Positions 49,790 through 61,358 of a DNA stretch of 64,000 bases are shown here, in pieces. The first letter of the stretch is position 1. Each line of letters begins with the position of its first letter. The DNA is taken from contig NC_057711.1 of NCBI RefSeq assembly GCF_004010195.1, positions 74,661,571 to 74,725,570 on the forward strand, given 5' to 3'. The position numbers and the translations under genes were made by a program. Origin of the DNA: Chiloscyllium plagiosum. Taxonomy: Eukaryota. Under the pieces are notes generated by a model. That model had not been told where the DNA came from. It did no database searches and worked only from the letters and a program-made list of their open reading frames with translations.

Positions 49790-51092
49790 AGTGTCACTGG
49801 ACTGTTAATCCAGAAACTCACTTAATGTTCTGGGGACCTGGGTTTGAATCACACCATGGCAAATGTTGGATTTTGAATTCAGTAATTTGCAATCAAGAGC
49901 CAAGCAATGAGTCACAGAGTCAAACAGTATAGAAACAGACCCTTCGGTCCAACAAGTCCATGCCAACCATGTTCCCAAACTGAACTAGATACATCTGCCT
50001 GTGTCTGTCCCACATCCCTCCAAACCTTTCCTATGCACATGCTTATCCAAGTGTCTTTTAAATGTTGTAACTGGCAATTCATTCCTTACATGAACCACTC
50101 TCTGTGTAAAAAAGCTGCCCCGCACATCTTTTCAAAATCTTTCTCCTCTCACCTTAAATGTATGCCACCCAGTTATGAACTCCTCCACCCTACGGAAAAG
50201 ACCCTTGTTATTCACCTTATCTATGCCCATCTTGATTTGTTATAAGGTCACCTCTCAATCTCCTATGCTCCAGTGAAATAAATCCCAGCCTATCCAGCCT
50301 CTCCTTATAACTGAAAACCTCCATTCCCAGCAAGAACTCGGTAAACCTTTTCTGAACCTTCTCTAATTTAACATTATCCTTCCTATAGCAGGGTGACCAG
50401 AACTGCACACATTAAGTACACTAACTTAAAATCGCCTGTAGCTGTGTTTTTGTTTTTGCTGCTTTTCACTATTATTTATTTATCTATGCTACTTAATTAA
50501 GGGATCTGCCTGGATTGCTCGCAAGACAACACTTTTTCATTGTGCCTCGGTACACGTGACAATCAATTCAATTCAGTTCAATTCAATTCATTACTCGAGA
50601 AGAGGCCTCACTAATGCCCTGTACAACCTAACCATGACATTCCTAATCCTTGACTCAAAGGTCTGACCAATGAAAGCAAGTTTGCTAAACACCTTCTTAG
50701 CTACCCTGTCAACCTGTGATGCAAATTTCAAAGAATTATGTACCTGAACCCCCTAGGTCTCTCAGTCTACAACATTATCCAACTGTACAAATCCTTCCCT
50801 TGTTTGTTTTACCAAAATGCAATACCTCGCATTTATCCAATTTAAACTCCATCTGTCACTCCTCAGCCCATTGACCCAATTAATCAAGATCTCTTCGTAA
50901 TCTTAAATAGCCTTCTTCACAAAAAATGTTGTCCACTAATGCCTCTTAGGGAAGGAAACTGCTATCCTTCCAAAGTCTGGCCTATATGTGACTCTAGGCC
51001 CACAATATGGTGGTTGACTCTTAATTTCCTTCTGAAGAATTAGGAGTAGCCAATAAATACTGGCCTAGCCAGTAACACCTTCCTCCTGTGAA
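49790..51092 (+). mobile_element. tRNA-SINE-like element (3824-4125 family) split by an antisense CR1
   Basis: Head TGTCACTGGACTGTTAATCCAG..GGTTTGAATC at 49792-49860; core CACTAATGCCTCTTAGGGAAGGAAAC..TGGCCTATATGTGACTC at 50934-51000. Confidence 0.65.
49907..50920 (-). mobile_element. CR1 fragment, itself containing a Rex1-type 3' tail (about 50413-50590, + strand)
   Basis: ORF 50217..50408(-) QFWSPCYRKDNVKLEKVQKRFT; insert ends GTGACAATC followed by AATTC-type repeats. Confidence 0.85.
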
Positions 51093-52347
51093 TTAGTAAA
51101 AAAAAAAGCACTTAAAAAAATTATCTTCTTGAGCAAAGTAAGCATAGATTTGCAATTGTGCAATCATATTTGACAAACCTGTTGGGAGTTTCTTTTTTGA
51201 GGATGTTAAGAATAAAATTGTTGCAGGGCAGTTAATTAATGTAGTTTTTTGGAATTTCAGCAGGCTTTTGATAAGGTTCTCCACAGGAGGTTAATCAGCA
51301 ACATTAAAGCAATTGGAATAGGAGAAATAGCTGAAGGATTGGCTAACAGACGGAAAACAGAGGTCAGGAATAAATGGGGCATTCTTGCGTCGAGTTCTTC
51401 TGTAGATATTCTGATTTGGTATATCTTCTACACTAATTATTCAATAGGTCAAAGACAAAGCAAAATCAAGGAGGGTTGGTAGCATCTGAAAAGAAGAACA
51501 GCTTACCCAGTATCACCTATTTGTAGATGTTGCAAATGCCACAAAATACCAAGATGATCAGGTGGAAAAGTACTATTTCCAACTCTGGGAGTCACATTTT
51601 AAGAAGGGTATCAAAGTCCTCACAGGGTTACAGAGGAAATTTACCAGAAGGAATCCAGAGATGATGAAATCCAGTTATATGGACAATGGGGAAGTTCTCT
51701 TTAAAACACAGAAGGTTTGTGAAGATTTAATGGAGGCATTCAAAACTGTAAAATTCCAATCCAGTTTATAGTTGGATGCAAAATTACAAGTCAATGCAAG
51801 TCATACACTGGCGATTTCATTTTACAAAGCTACAATGCTGCTTTGCACTTGAAATGGAAAAAAAAAACAATTTATGCAATTATGTGTGATATTCTTACGA
51901 GAACATTAAGATACATTATGGGTAGAAATGAGGATGCCTCTTTATTTTGCAGCTGTTTGATGCTGACTTAGCATGACAAAATTAGAAAACGTTTTAAAGA
52001 TCTTTCATTGTAATAAATACTAAATTAATTCATCAATACCTAAACAGCTGCAGTGATTTTGTTTGAGAAAAATAGCTACAAACAAAAACGGAGATTATTT
52101 GGTTACGTCTTACCATTACTTTCTAGTTATCATACTATTGCACATACATCAATCATATGTTATAAACATTGCACATATAATGTACCTTTGCATAAATGAA
52201 AGATGAAATATTGTAGTTGTGGCACAAGTTATCTGACTCCTGAATCTAAAATATCTATTGAAAAATGCAATATTCCATCAGAAACATTTGTGAATAAATG
52301 CTAGATTGACATTACTTCCATTTGCCTTTATCTGAGAGGAAAAGTTT

Positions 52348-52716
52348 GTGAGAAGATTTGTAGCTTGGGTGCTCATTGTTGTGGTTCTGTTCGCCGAGCT
52401 GGGAATGTGTGTTGCAGACATTTCGTCCCCTGTCTAGGTGACATCCTCAGTGCTTGGGAGCCTCCTGTGAAGTGCTTCTGTGATCTTTCATTCGGCATTT
52501 GTAGTGGTTTGAATCTGCCGCTTCCGGTTGTCAGTTCCAGCTGTCTGCTGCAGTGGTCGGTATATTGGGTCCAGGTCAATGTGTTTGTTGATAGGATCTG
52601 TAGGTGAATGCCATGCCTCTAGGAATTCCCTGGTTGTTCTCTGTTTGGCTTGTCCTATAATAGTAGTGTTGTCCCAGTGGAACTCATGTTGCTTGTCATC
52701 TGTGTGTGTGGCTACT
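52348..52716 (-). mobile_element. Penelope-like element 3' end: GIY-YIG C-terminus plus pseudo-LTR
   Basis: rc VATHTDDKQHEFHWDNTTIIGQAKQRTTREFLEAWHS..INKHIDLDPIY. Confidence 0.85.
52414..52453 (-). ncRNA. Minimal type I hammerhead ribozyme motif
   Basis: rc GCA-CTGAGGA-T-GTCACC-TAGACA-GGGGAC-GAAA-TGTC-TGC, with stem I GCA/TGC. Confidence 0.7.
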
Positions 52717-54568
52717 AAAAAGGAAAAGTTATTGTTTCATATTGTTTTATATTTTGTAGTTGGAAGACAAATAAATCAAACTATTATATTGCCCTATCCC
52801 AATTTGCTGATTGTTTTCCAATTCTTTATGCCTTCCTCCATCCACAAGTTAATGGGAAAAGCTGTTTAAAACTTCAACAAAATATGATTTAATCTTGTTT
52901 TTACAGAGAAATTTGCGTAATCAAAATCAAAAGTTGCTGTTGGATGATTTGTATTAATATTTTCTTACCCATTCATATATACACATTTTTGTGTAATATA
53001 GAATATTTACTATCATACATTAATTACATTTAAAATCGCACAATCTTTTAACTTTATAATCATCAAAATAACTTGACATAAAGTGATAGAACACTTCTTA
53101 ATAAATAAATGCTGTAACTTATGACTCATGCAAGAATATTATGCTATTTTAAAATTGCAGATTTGCAATATCCCTACTTATTAAAATAATGTGTTGTGTG
53201 ATTTTATCTAGCAATCTGCTGCAGGCAACAAAGAGGCACAAGATTGTGGAAATGGAGTTTTACATGAGAAAAATAAACCAGATGTTTGCATACAGAAAGT
53301 GTAACTCATTCTTTAATTTCAGCTGGAAAAGGTGATGCTGGAGAAAATTAACAAGGATCCATGCTTTCTTGCCAGCGTTAAATCTTTATTGTTTATGATT
53401 TAATTTTATTGTAACTTAATTAATCAATGTATCATAATATTATAAAGCTGTTAGGAGGAATTTTATCATAAGGTTTATTGTTACAGCACTAATAAAGTCT
53501 ATATTTACAAGTCCTCACTTGGAAATAAAATGCTGGAGAATGACATTGATGTTTCTGTATCTGATTAATTTGTTTACCATGAAACTGGCGGAAATGGGTG
53601 TAATGCTTTTAATGTACGCATTTGATTTTAATCTCTGTTTTAGTTTAAGGTATTTGGTGAAATACAATTATATGAAATATTTTGAGTGGCTTGCTATAAT
53701 CATCTGAACTTGAGCACTACTCTAAGTGTTTTCATGATTTTTTTGGAAGCAACTAATCACATTACATGAAGGATTCTATCAGAAGTACGAAGTTGTCACT
53801 GAGTGAAGTTTCAGTACTTTACAAAAGACAAGTAGCACAAAAAAAGGCTTAGAAGAAATTAAACCACTGTCTGCACTTTTTGAAATACTGGTTGAATCAG
53901 AAGGTTGTTAATTGTCCATTCTCTGCTGCTGTGGAAATGACAAGTGATATGAGACAGAAATGGGATTTTTCCCAAACTCAGTGATAAAACTGTGAAGTAC
54001 TTAGACAATTGAAGAAGGAGATGAGGAAATACAAGTCGTAATCTTGTATTCAGTACTGGAGACAGAATGTTTCAAGTTGTTTTGTAGCCTAGATCTCACT
54101 AAGTAGCCAATAATCCAGACAGGACACATATTGAAAGCTTTGAAGCCCAGATTAATGTTAGCTATAAGCAGTGTGTGGTCAACAACATTGCTCAAAGGAA
54201 AGAGAAAAGCTGTTGAGCAGTACGTGACAACATGACAGCCTGAACTGAATCCTCTGAGTTTGGCTAACTGAAAACAAACCATAGCTAACAAGGGGAATTT
54301 GGGATTGTATCCCTCATAATTATTATTGTATTATTAGATACAAGGAAGGGGCATATGAATTGACCAAAAAAAACACAGGAGACCTTAGGATCGAGAACAT
54401 TAAAACCTCAGCAAAAGAGGACAAAGGGGTAAATTAACAGGAGGAATATGAGTACAAGAGCAAGATTGTAGGGAATATATAAATTGATTGAACAAGTTTT
54501 TATAGATTTGTTAGGAGAAATGTATGTCCTTTACAGTTAGAAACAGAAATGTTATAAGAGATAGTAGA

Positions 54569-54772
54569 CCAAATAAATGCATAGTCGAGAGTGTAGTGCT
54601 GGAAAAACACAGCAGGTCAAGCAGCATCCGAGGAGCAGGAGAATCGATATTTCAGGCATAAGGTCTCCTGCTCCTCAGATGCTGCCTGACCTGCTGTGCT
54701 TTTCCAGTATCACACTGTCAACTCTGATCTCTAGCATTTGCAGTCCTCACTTTCTCCAAATAAATGCATAGT
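54569..54772. mobile_element. About 170 bp Penelope-derived hairpin element with a perfect 17 bp TSD
   Basis: CCAAATAAATGCATAGT at 54569-54585 and 54756-54772; internal arms CTGGAAAAACACAGCAGGTCAAGCAGCATCCGAGGAGCAGGAGA / TCTCCTGCTCCTCAGATGCTGCCTGACCTGCTGTGCTTTTCCAG. Confidence 0.85.
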
Positions 54773-55471
54773 TATCACAAGGTTTTTTGACTATTAGAAT
54801 AATAACTGCAGAAGGAGAGCATTAAGTGAATGTGGAATGTCAGATAGATACTAGTGCTTTATACATCATAAGGTTTGGAGATCTGTGTGAGGTGACTCAT
54901 GATGATATTCCAAAATTGACAATATTATGGCATCATCCTGACGCCAAGAGGAGAAATGAAATAGCCCAATATAATGGAAAAAAGGAAAACCTGAAGTTCA
55001 GGATAATCAACATTCATCAAAATCCACTCATCTTAGCTGAAATCTAAAGCTTTGATTGCTAACCCTGAACGTACCAGGAGAGAACTGAAGTATTTCATGG
55101 GCTATCAAACATTTGGCTGCTGAATGGACACGAATAGATTACAAAATGTTTTCGTAAATCAAAGATTTTTACTTCTGTGTTCTTGAAGGATGTTTACTAA
55201 CATGTGGAGCTGGATGAAAGCAGCAGTTTTCTAACCATATTCTAATCACCAATGATGAGCCACTGATGGCTGCCCATCCCACTTGACATTTCCACTGCCT
55301 TGGAAAAATATCAGTACAGATAGCAGGAGATAGCTAGTGATCTTCTCAGAAGGTAATATTTGCCAGTTTATGGATGTGGAGTCATAATAGCAGTAGCCAT
55401 CACCCATAACAATCAGAGACTGTGCAACTGCAATACAGAGCTGACTCAATGAACCTGATGCTGAAAAAGAC

Positions 55472-56452
55472 AGTAGGATTGTAAGATCTAGGAGCAGAAG
55501 TGAGCCACTGAGCTCATTGAGTCTGCCCTGCTCTTCAATGAGATCATGGTGGACATGGTCATTTTCCAAGTCCTGCCTTATTCCCATAACCCTTGATTCC
55601 TTTGCTGATTAAAAAATCTGTCAATCTCAGTTTTTAATATGCTTAATTACCCAACCTAGACAGCTCTCTGCAGCGAAGAATTCTACAGATTCACTACTGT
55701 CTGAGCTTAAAAAAAATCTCTTCTTCTCTGTCTTAATTGAGTGCTCCTTTACTCTAATATTATGCCCTCTGGTCGTAGACTGTTCCATAAATGGAGACAA
55801 CCTCGCTGCATCTAACCTGTCAAGACTCAGAATCAACCTAGCGAATTTCTCTGGACTGCCTCCAGTGCCAGTAAATATTTCCTTCAGTAAGGGACCAAAA
55901 CTGGCCTCAGTAAATATCTTACACAGATTTATTAAGACCTTGTTATTTTTATACTCCACCCAATAAAAGCCCACTGTCCTTTTGCTTTCCTACTACTGAC
56001 TGAACATGGATGCTAAACATTTTATGATTCATGCACAAGGTTACCCAAATCCTGCAGCGTTCTGCAATCTTTCCCCATGTAAATCATATTCTGTTCTTCT
56101 ATTCTTCCTGCAAAAATACATAACCGCACATTTTCCCACATTATATTCCACCTGCAAACTTTTTTGCCCACTCACTTAACCGGTTTGATCCCATTGTGGG
56201 CTCTTTGCGCCATCCTCACTACTTGCCATCCCAACTATTTTTGTGTCTTCTACACACTTGGCAATAGCATTCAGATCAGTATTATTGTATATGTTTTCTA
56301 TAATTGTGGTCCCAGCACTGAACCCTCCATTATTTACAGGTTGTCAACATTAAAATGCATCCTTTATCCCATCTCTCTTCTTCCTTTTGCTCGTCAATCC
56401 TCTATCAATTCTAAGACACCACCTGAACACCCTCATCTTATTAAGTAGCCTC
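55472..56452 (-). mobile_element. Decayed CR1 LINE
   Basis: ORF 55627..55974(-) LSPFMEQSTTRGHNIRVK; rc 3' UTR at 55472. Confidence 0.8.
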
Positions 56453-56453
56453 A

Positions 56454-56500
56454 TAAAGAAAGAGAAAAGAAAGAAAAAGGGAAAGAAAAGAAAAAAAAGA
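56454..56500. repeat. Polypurine low-complexity tract (AAAG-like)
   Basis: AAAGAAAGAGAAAAGAAAGAAAAAGGGAAAGAAAAGAAAAAAAAGA. Confidence 0.8.
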
Positions 56501-57595
56501 TGCAATTGAAATGCCTGAATTCAAAAACATAAGTCATGCACTGACAGCTAAAGGACGTTGCACAGATCCTGACAAGGTTAGAGCTTTAGCAGAGATGCAA
56601 TGATCAACAGATATGAAAGTAGTTCAAAGATATGTTGCATTTGTGAACTATTTAGCAAAGCTCTTGCCTAATTTGCCATCAGAGTATAAACCACTTTGCA
56701 AGTTCACTGCTAAGGATGTGCAATAGGATTGGGACACTAAATGGAATTAGTTTTCACTTGAATCAAATAATTAGCAACAACAATTCAATGTGCTCTGGAA
56801 CGTGCATCAACCCCAAGGAGAGCAGAATCTGAAAGATCAGAAACCACAATGGGAATGATGCTCCCTGGAAACGGAGCATCACCCTCAGAAAGGGAGGGTA
56901 CAAGATGAACAGATAATGACAATAGACACAACCTAACAGTAGAGGTTCTGTATGATTTGAAGATGATTTATGCAATGTATTGCAAAGACTAATGGAAATA
57001 GAACTTACTCGAATTTACATACAATGTTATTAATTAGCAATATGGGACAAAATGACTTTATGTGGGGTCGGTCGTATCTCACAAAGTTGATTGAGTTTTT
57101 TGAGCAAATGACAAAGATGATTGATGAGGCAGTGGTGGATGTTGTCTACATGGATTTCAGCATGGCCTTTGACAAGGTCCCTCATAGCAGGCTGATACAG
57201 AAGGTAAACTCACATAGGATCTGCAGTGAGATGGTAAGATGGATAAATAACTTGTGTGGTCATAGAAGGTAGAGAGTAGAGTGGAATGGTATTTTTCTGA
57301 CTAGAGATCTGTCACCAGTGGTATTCCACAAGCATATGTTCGAGGACTTCTTTTATTTGTAATATATATAAAAGATTTGGAGGAGAATGTGGGTGGCCTG
57401 ATTAGTAAGCTTGCAAATAACACAAAGATTAGGGCAATTGTGGTCAGTGAGGAGGATTGCTAGAGAATACAGCAGGATGTAAATAGTCTGGAGACTTGGG
57501 CAGAGAAATGGCAGATGAAATTTAATCTGAACAAATGTGAGGTGATGCATTTTGGAAGGTCTAATACAGAAGGGAAGTATACAGTTCATTCATTA

Positions 57596-57929
57596 TTAGA
57601 TTAAATTAGATTCCTTATAGTATGGAAACAGGCCTTTCGGCCCAACAAGTCCACACCGACCCTCCGAAAAGTAACCCACCCAGACCCATTCCCCTACATT
57701 TACTTCTGAGTAATGTACCTCACACTATGGGCAATTTAGCACAGCCAATTCACCCTCACTTAACCTGCACATCTTTGGACTGTGGGAGGAAATCGGAGCA
57801 TCCGGAGGAAACCCACGCAGACATGGGGAGAATGTGCAAACTCCATACAATCACCCGAGGCAGGAATCGAACCCGGGTCCCTGGCGCTGTGAGGCTGCAG
57901 TGCTAACCACTGAGTCACCGTGCCATCCT
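57596..57929 (-). mobile_element. HE1-type SINE
   Basis: Full head-to-tail match. Confidence 0.9.
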
Positions 57930-60090
57930 ATTATTGTCAAATGGACTGAAATACAGTGAAAAGTATTGCTTTGTGTGCTGACCAGACAAATCATATCTTA
58001 CATAATTACATCAAGTGTATAGAACAGAATGCATAATATAGTGTTATAGCTACAGAGAAGGTGCAGGGAAGGATCAATTCTGATATATGAAAGGTCTGTT
58101 CAGTTGGGAAGAAGTTGTTCTTAAATCTGTTGATATATATTTTCAGCCCGATGAAAGAGAGCAAGAGAGAATATAACCAGGGTAGGTGGGATCGTTGATT
58201 ATGCTGACTGCTTTCCCAACACAGCAGGAAGTGTGGATGGAGTCAATGGAAGGATGTGGTTTTTGTGATGGACTGGGCTGCATTTACAACTCTCTGTAAT
58301 TTCTTGCAGCCTTGGGCAAAGCAGTTGCCATACCAAGCTGTCATGCATCCTGATAAGATGACTTTAATGGTGCATCTATAAAATTGGTAAGAGTTGTTGT
58401 GGACAGGCCGAATTTCCTTAGCTTTCTTAGAAAGCAGCAGTGTTGGTATGCTTTCTTGACTGTATCATCGATGTGGATGAACCAGGATAGGTTATTGATG
58501 ATATTTATTCCTGGGAAGTTGAAGTTCTCGACCACCTCCACCTCAGCACCATTGATACACACAAGGGTGTGTCCTTCATTCTGCTTCTGGAGGTCATTGA
58601 CCAGTTCCTTCATTTACTGTCATTGAGGGAGTGGTTATTGTCTTTACACCATGCCATTAAACTGTCTATCTCCTTCTTGTATTCTGTCCAGTTGCTGTTT
58701 GAGATCTGATCCAATATCAGGAGGTCATCAGCAAATTTGTAAATGGAGTTACAGCTGAATTTGGCCATGCAGTCATGAGTGTGTAAGATGTATAACAAAG
58801 GGCTGAGATCGCAGCCTTGTGGGGTATCAGCATTGAGTATTATTGTGGAGGAGGTATTGCTGATTACAGTCTGCGGGTCAGGAAGTCGAGGATGCAGCTG
58901 CAGAGAGGGGAGCAGAGTCCTAGGTCTCAGAGTTTGGAGATGCGTTTTGTTGGAATTATGGTTTTGAAGGCAGAGCTAAAGTCAATAAATAGGAAGCTCA
59001 GATAGGTCTCCTTGTTAGCCAGATGTTCCAGGGATAAGTGTAGTGTCAGGGAGATGGTGTCTGCCACAGACATTGCAATGATTGTAATGACGTCAGCCAG
59101 GTGGACCTAATAAAGTGAGTTCCCTGACTGGGGCTATTAATCTGGTCCAATTAGGGAGCTCTGGCTGACAGATATAAACAGGAATGTCAGAGATCCTGAT
59201 CACTGAGAGCTGGCTCAGAGAGAGCTGCGTTAGTGTCAAGGACTTTTTGCATGTCAAGGGTGACTTAGTGATGGGATACCAGCCTCTGTCAAGTTATTTC
59301 AGGTCTATTGTCACAGTAGGTGAATTGTAGTGGATCAAGACAATCTAGGAGGCTGGAGTTTATGTGTGCCATTCTGAACATCTCAAAGCATTTCATAATG
59401 ATGTATATCAGAGCCAACGGGTGGTAGTCATTAAGGCACATTGCCTGATATTTCTTTGGCACCGGGATGACAGAGGTCTTCTTGAAGCAGGCGAGAATGT
59501 CACATTATGGTAAGGAGAATTAAAGATGTCTTTAAATACTCCTGCCATCTGGTCTGCACAGTATCTGAGTGCACAGTTGAGGCATCTAGCCAGATCAATC
59601 CCTCTCAAGAAGGCCAAACTAATATCTACGGTGGCAACTCTGAGTACAAGTGCCCCCTAAGACTGTTGGGTTAGTGACATCATTTCACTGACCTTTCATT
59701 TAAAACAAGCATAGCATGTATTGAGTTTACTGGGGAGGGATGCACTGATACAAAACTTCATTTTGTAGCCCATCATATTGTGTAAGCCTTGCTATAGTCA
59801 ATGCATCTTCATGTGGTTAGTCTGGGACTCTAGTTTAGTTTGTTTTGTCTCTTGGCAGTGCTGATGACTTTGCAAAGATCATGCCTAGATTTCCTGTACA
59901 AGTCAGGGTCTCCCGGCCTGAATGCCTTGACTTCAGTAGGGAGTGGATCTTCCAGTTCAGCCATGGCTTCTAACTGGGGAACACTTTGATTAATTTCTTT
60001 GGCACACAGTGCTCTATACACTTACTGTGAATTCTGTAATGGTTGTGGTATACTTATTCAGGTTGGCCGCTGAGTTCTTGAATATAAGTC
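57930..60090 (-). mobile_element. Rex1/Babar-like LINE ORF2 fragment
   Basis: CADQMAGVFKDIFN, THDCMAKFSCNSIYKFADD, INGAEVEVVENF..NLSW..VKKAYQ..FLRKLRKFG. Confidence 0.9.
59083..59301 (+). mobile_element. Probable solo LTR inside the Rex1-like element
   Basis: TGTAAT...ATTTCA termini, CCAAT and GATATAAA boxes; interrupts collinear LINE sequence. Confidence 0.6.
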
Positions 60091-60237
60091 GGTAAGTTGG
60101 TCGAGAAGTTGAAGGGTATGCTTGCCTTCATTGTTTGGAGCACTGAGTATAAAGACTGGCAGGTCATGTTTCAGCTGTGTAGAACTTTAGTTAGGTCACA
60201 TTTGGAATATTGTCTGTAGAGGTTTCTTGTCTGTAGT

Positions 60238-60550
60238 GGATGGCACGGTGGCACAGTGGTTAGCACTGCTGCCTCTCAGCGCCAGAGACCCGGGTTCAAT
60301 TCCCGCCTCAGGCGACTGTCTGTGTGGAGTTTGCACGTTCTCCCCGTGTCTGCGTGGGTTTCCTCCGGGTGCTCCGGTTTCCTCCCACAATCCAAAGATG
60401 TGCAGGTCAGGTGAATTGGCCATGGTAAATTGCCCGTAGTGTTAGGTAAGGGGTAGATGTAGGGGTATGGGTGGGTTGCGCTTCGGCGGGTCGGTGTGGA
60501 CTTGTTGGGCCGAAGGGCCTGTTTCCACACTGTAATGTAATCTAATCTAA
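60238..60550 (+). mobile_element. Young HE1-type SINE
   Basis: CpG-rich; A box TGGCACAGTGG, B box GGTTCAATTCC, tail TAATCTAATCTAA. Confidence 0.95.
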
Positions 60551-60677
60551 AAAAAGGTTGCCACAGTACCGGAAGGATGTGGAGGCTTTGGAGAGGGTGC
60601 AGAAAAGGTTTACCTGTTACCTGGTTTGGAGGGTATTAACTATGAGGATAATCCTAGTGTGTTTTCACTTGAACTTC

Positions 60678-61358
60678 TAGAATTTTTAAATTAGATTTTA
60701 GAATTAGGTTTTATTGTCATATGTAATCATATACATGGATACAGTAGTGCATTGCAAAGTTTACAATGTTGCTATTCACAGCACTAGGTACCTAGGTGCA
60801 AAAGTAGAAAAATAATGAAAGAATTTAAAAGTTCAACATTGTGGTGCGTGTCAATCTAAAGTAGTGAATAAGAAATAAAGTTCAAGTTCCAACATACAGT
60901 CCTTCTTTAGCTATAGGCCTGCAATTGCTCCACACTGGGATTTCTCACGAGGGCTCGATCTCTCTCCTGTGCTGGCTCAATCTCTCCTCTGCACTTGGCT
61001 TGATCTCTTGATCCCTGCACCTCTGAAGTACATCTCGCTGTCGAATACCATCCTCACCAGCCACCTCACCACACTCTGCCAGAGTGCTGCTCTGGTGCTG
61101 CTGCAGGCCTTCAGCTGTTTCCACGATGCCGCTGACCATCAGAGTTCTGCACGGGCACACCAGCTGCCTCCTGGCTGACAGTCAAAGTCCCTGCTTTGGG
61201 CTCTTGGCGCTGCCATCACCTCCACTGCCTCCATGACCTCCTGAAGGTAGATAGAGAGATAAGAAAATATTTTTAAAAACTCAGGAAAGAAGCAAACAAA
61301 GCAGTCAGAGTGGATGAACTCCAGATCAGGAGCCTTACTTTACCGCCACCTTGGCTTC
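60678..61358 (-). mobile_element. Non-coding retroposon-like element, apparently full length
   Basis: rc starts GCCAAGGTGGCGG, has a GC-rich middle and ends TGACAATAAAACCTAATTCTAAAATCTAA; interrupts a CR1. Confidence 0.55.

Larger units (their letters stand above)
43340..51390 (+). mobile_element. Old long CR1 (5' region, ORF1 end, endonuclease, RT pieces) hosting several insertions
   Basis: FHLNRAG (ORF1 end, ~43745), endonuclease remnants 43960-44575, tether and RT remnants at 48620-48960, 49326-49790 and 51110-51390 (EFQQAFDKVLHRRL). Confidence 0.6.
53930..57040 (+). mobile_element. Decayed Gypsy gag-pol fragments
   Basis: gag-like EIQVVILYSVLETEC and AVEQYVTT, protease VECQIDTSA (~54832), RT KIFTSVFLKDVY*HVELDESSSFLT (~55160-55236), TDPDKVRALAEM..FVNYLAKLLPNL (~56563-56675). 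Confidence 0.75.

Noticed and set aside
53200..53400. Plus-strand exon candidates after ATTTTATCTAG and TTTAATTTCAG
   Set aside because: No convincing donor and no recognisable peptide
60238..60315. tRNA gene
   Set aside because: tRNA-derived head of an HE1 SINE that continues into the SINE body; the same applies to the other SINE heads
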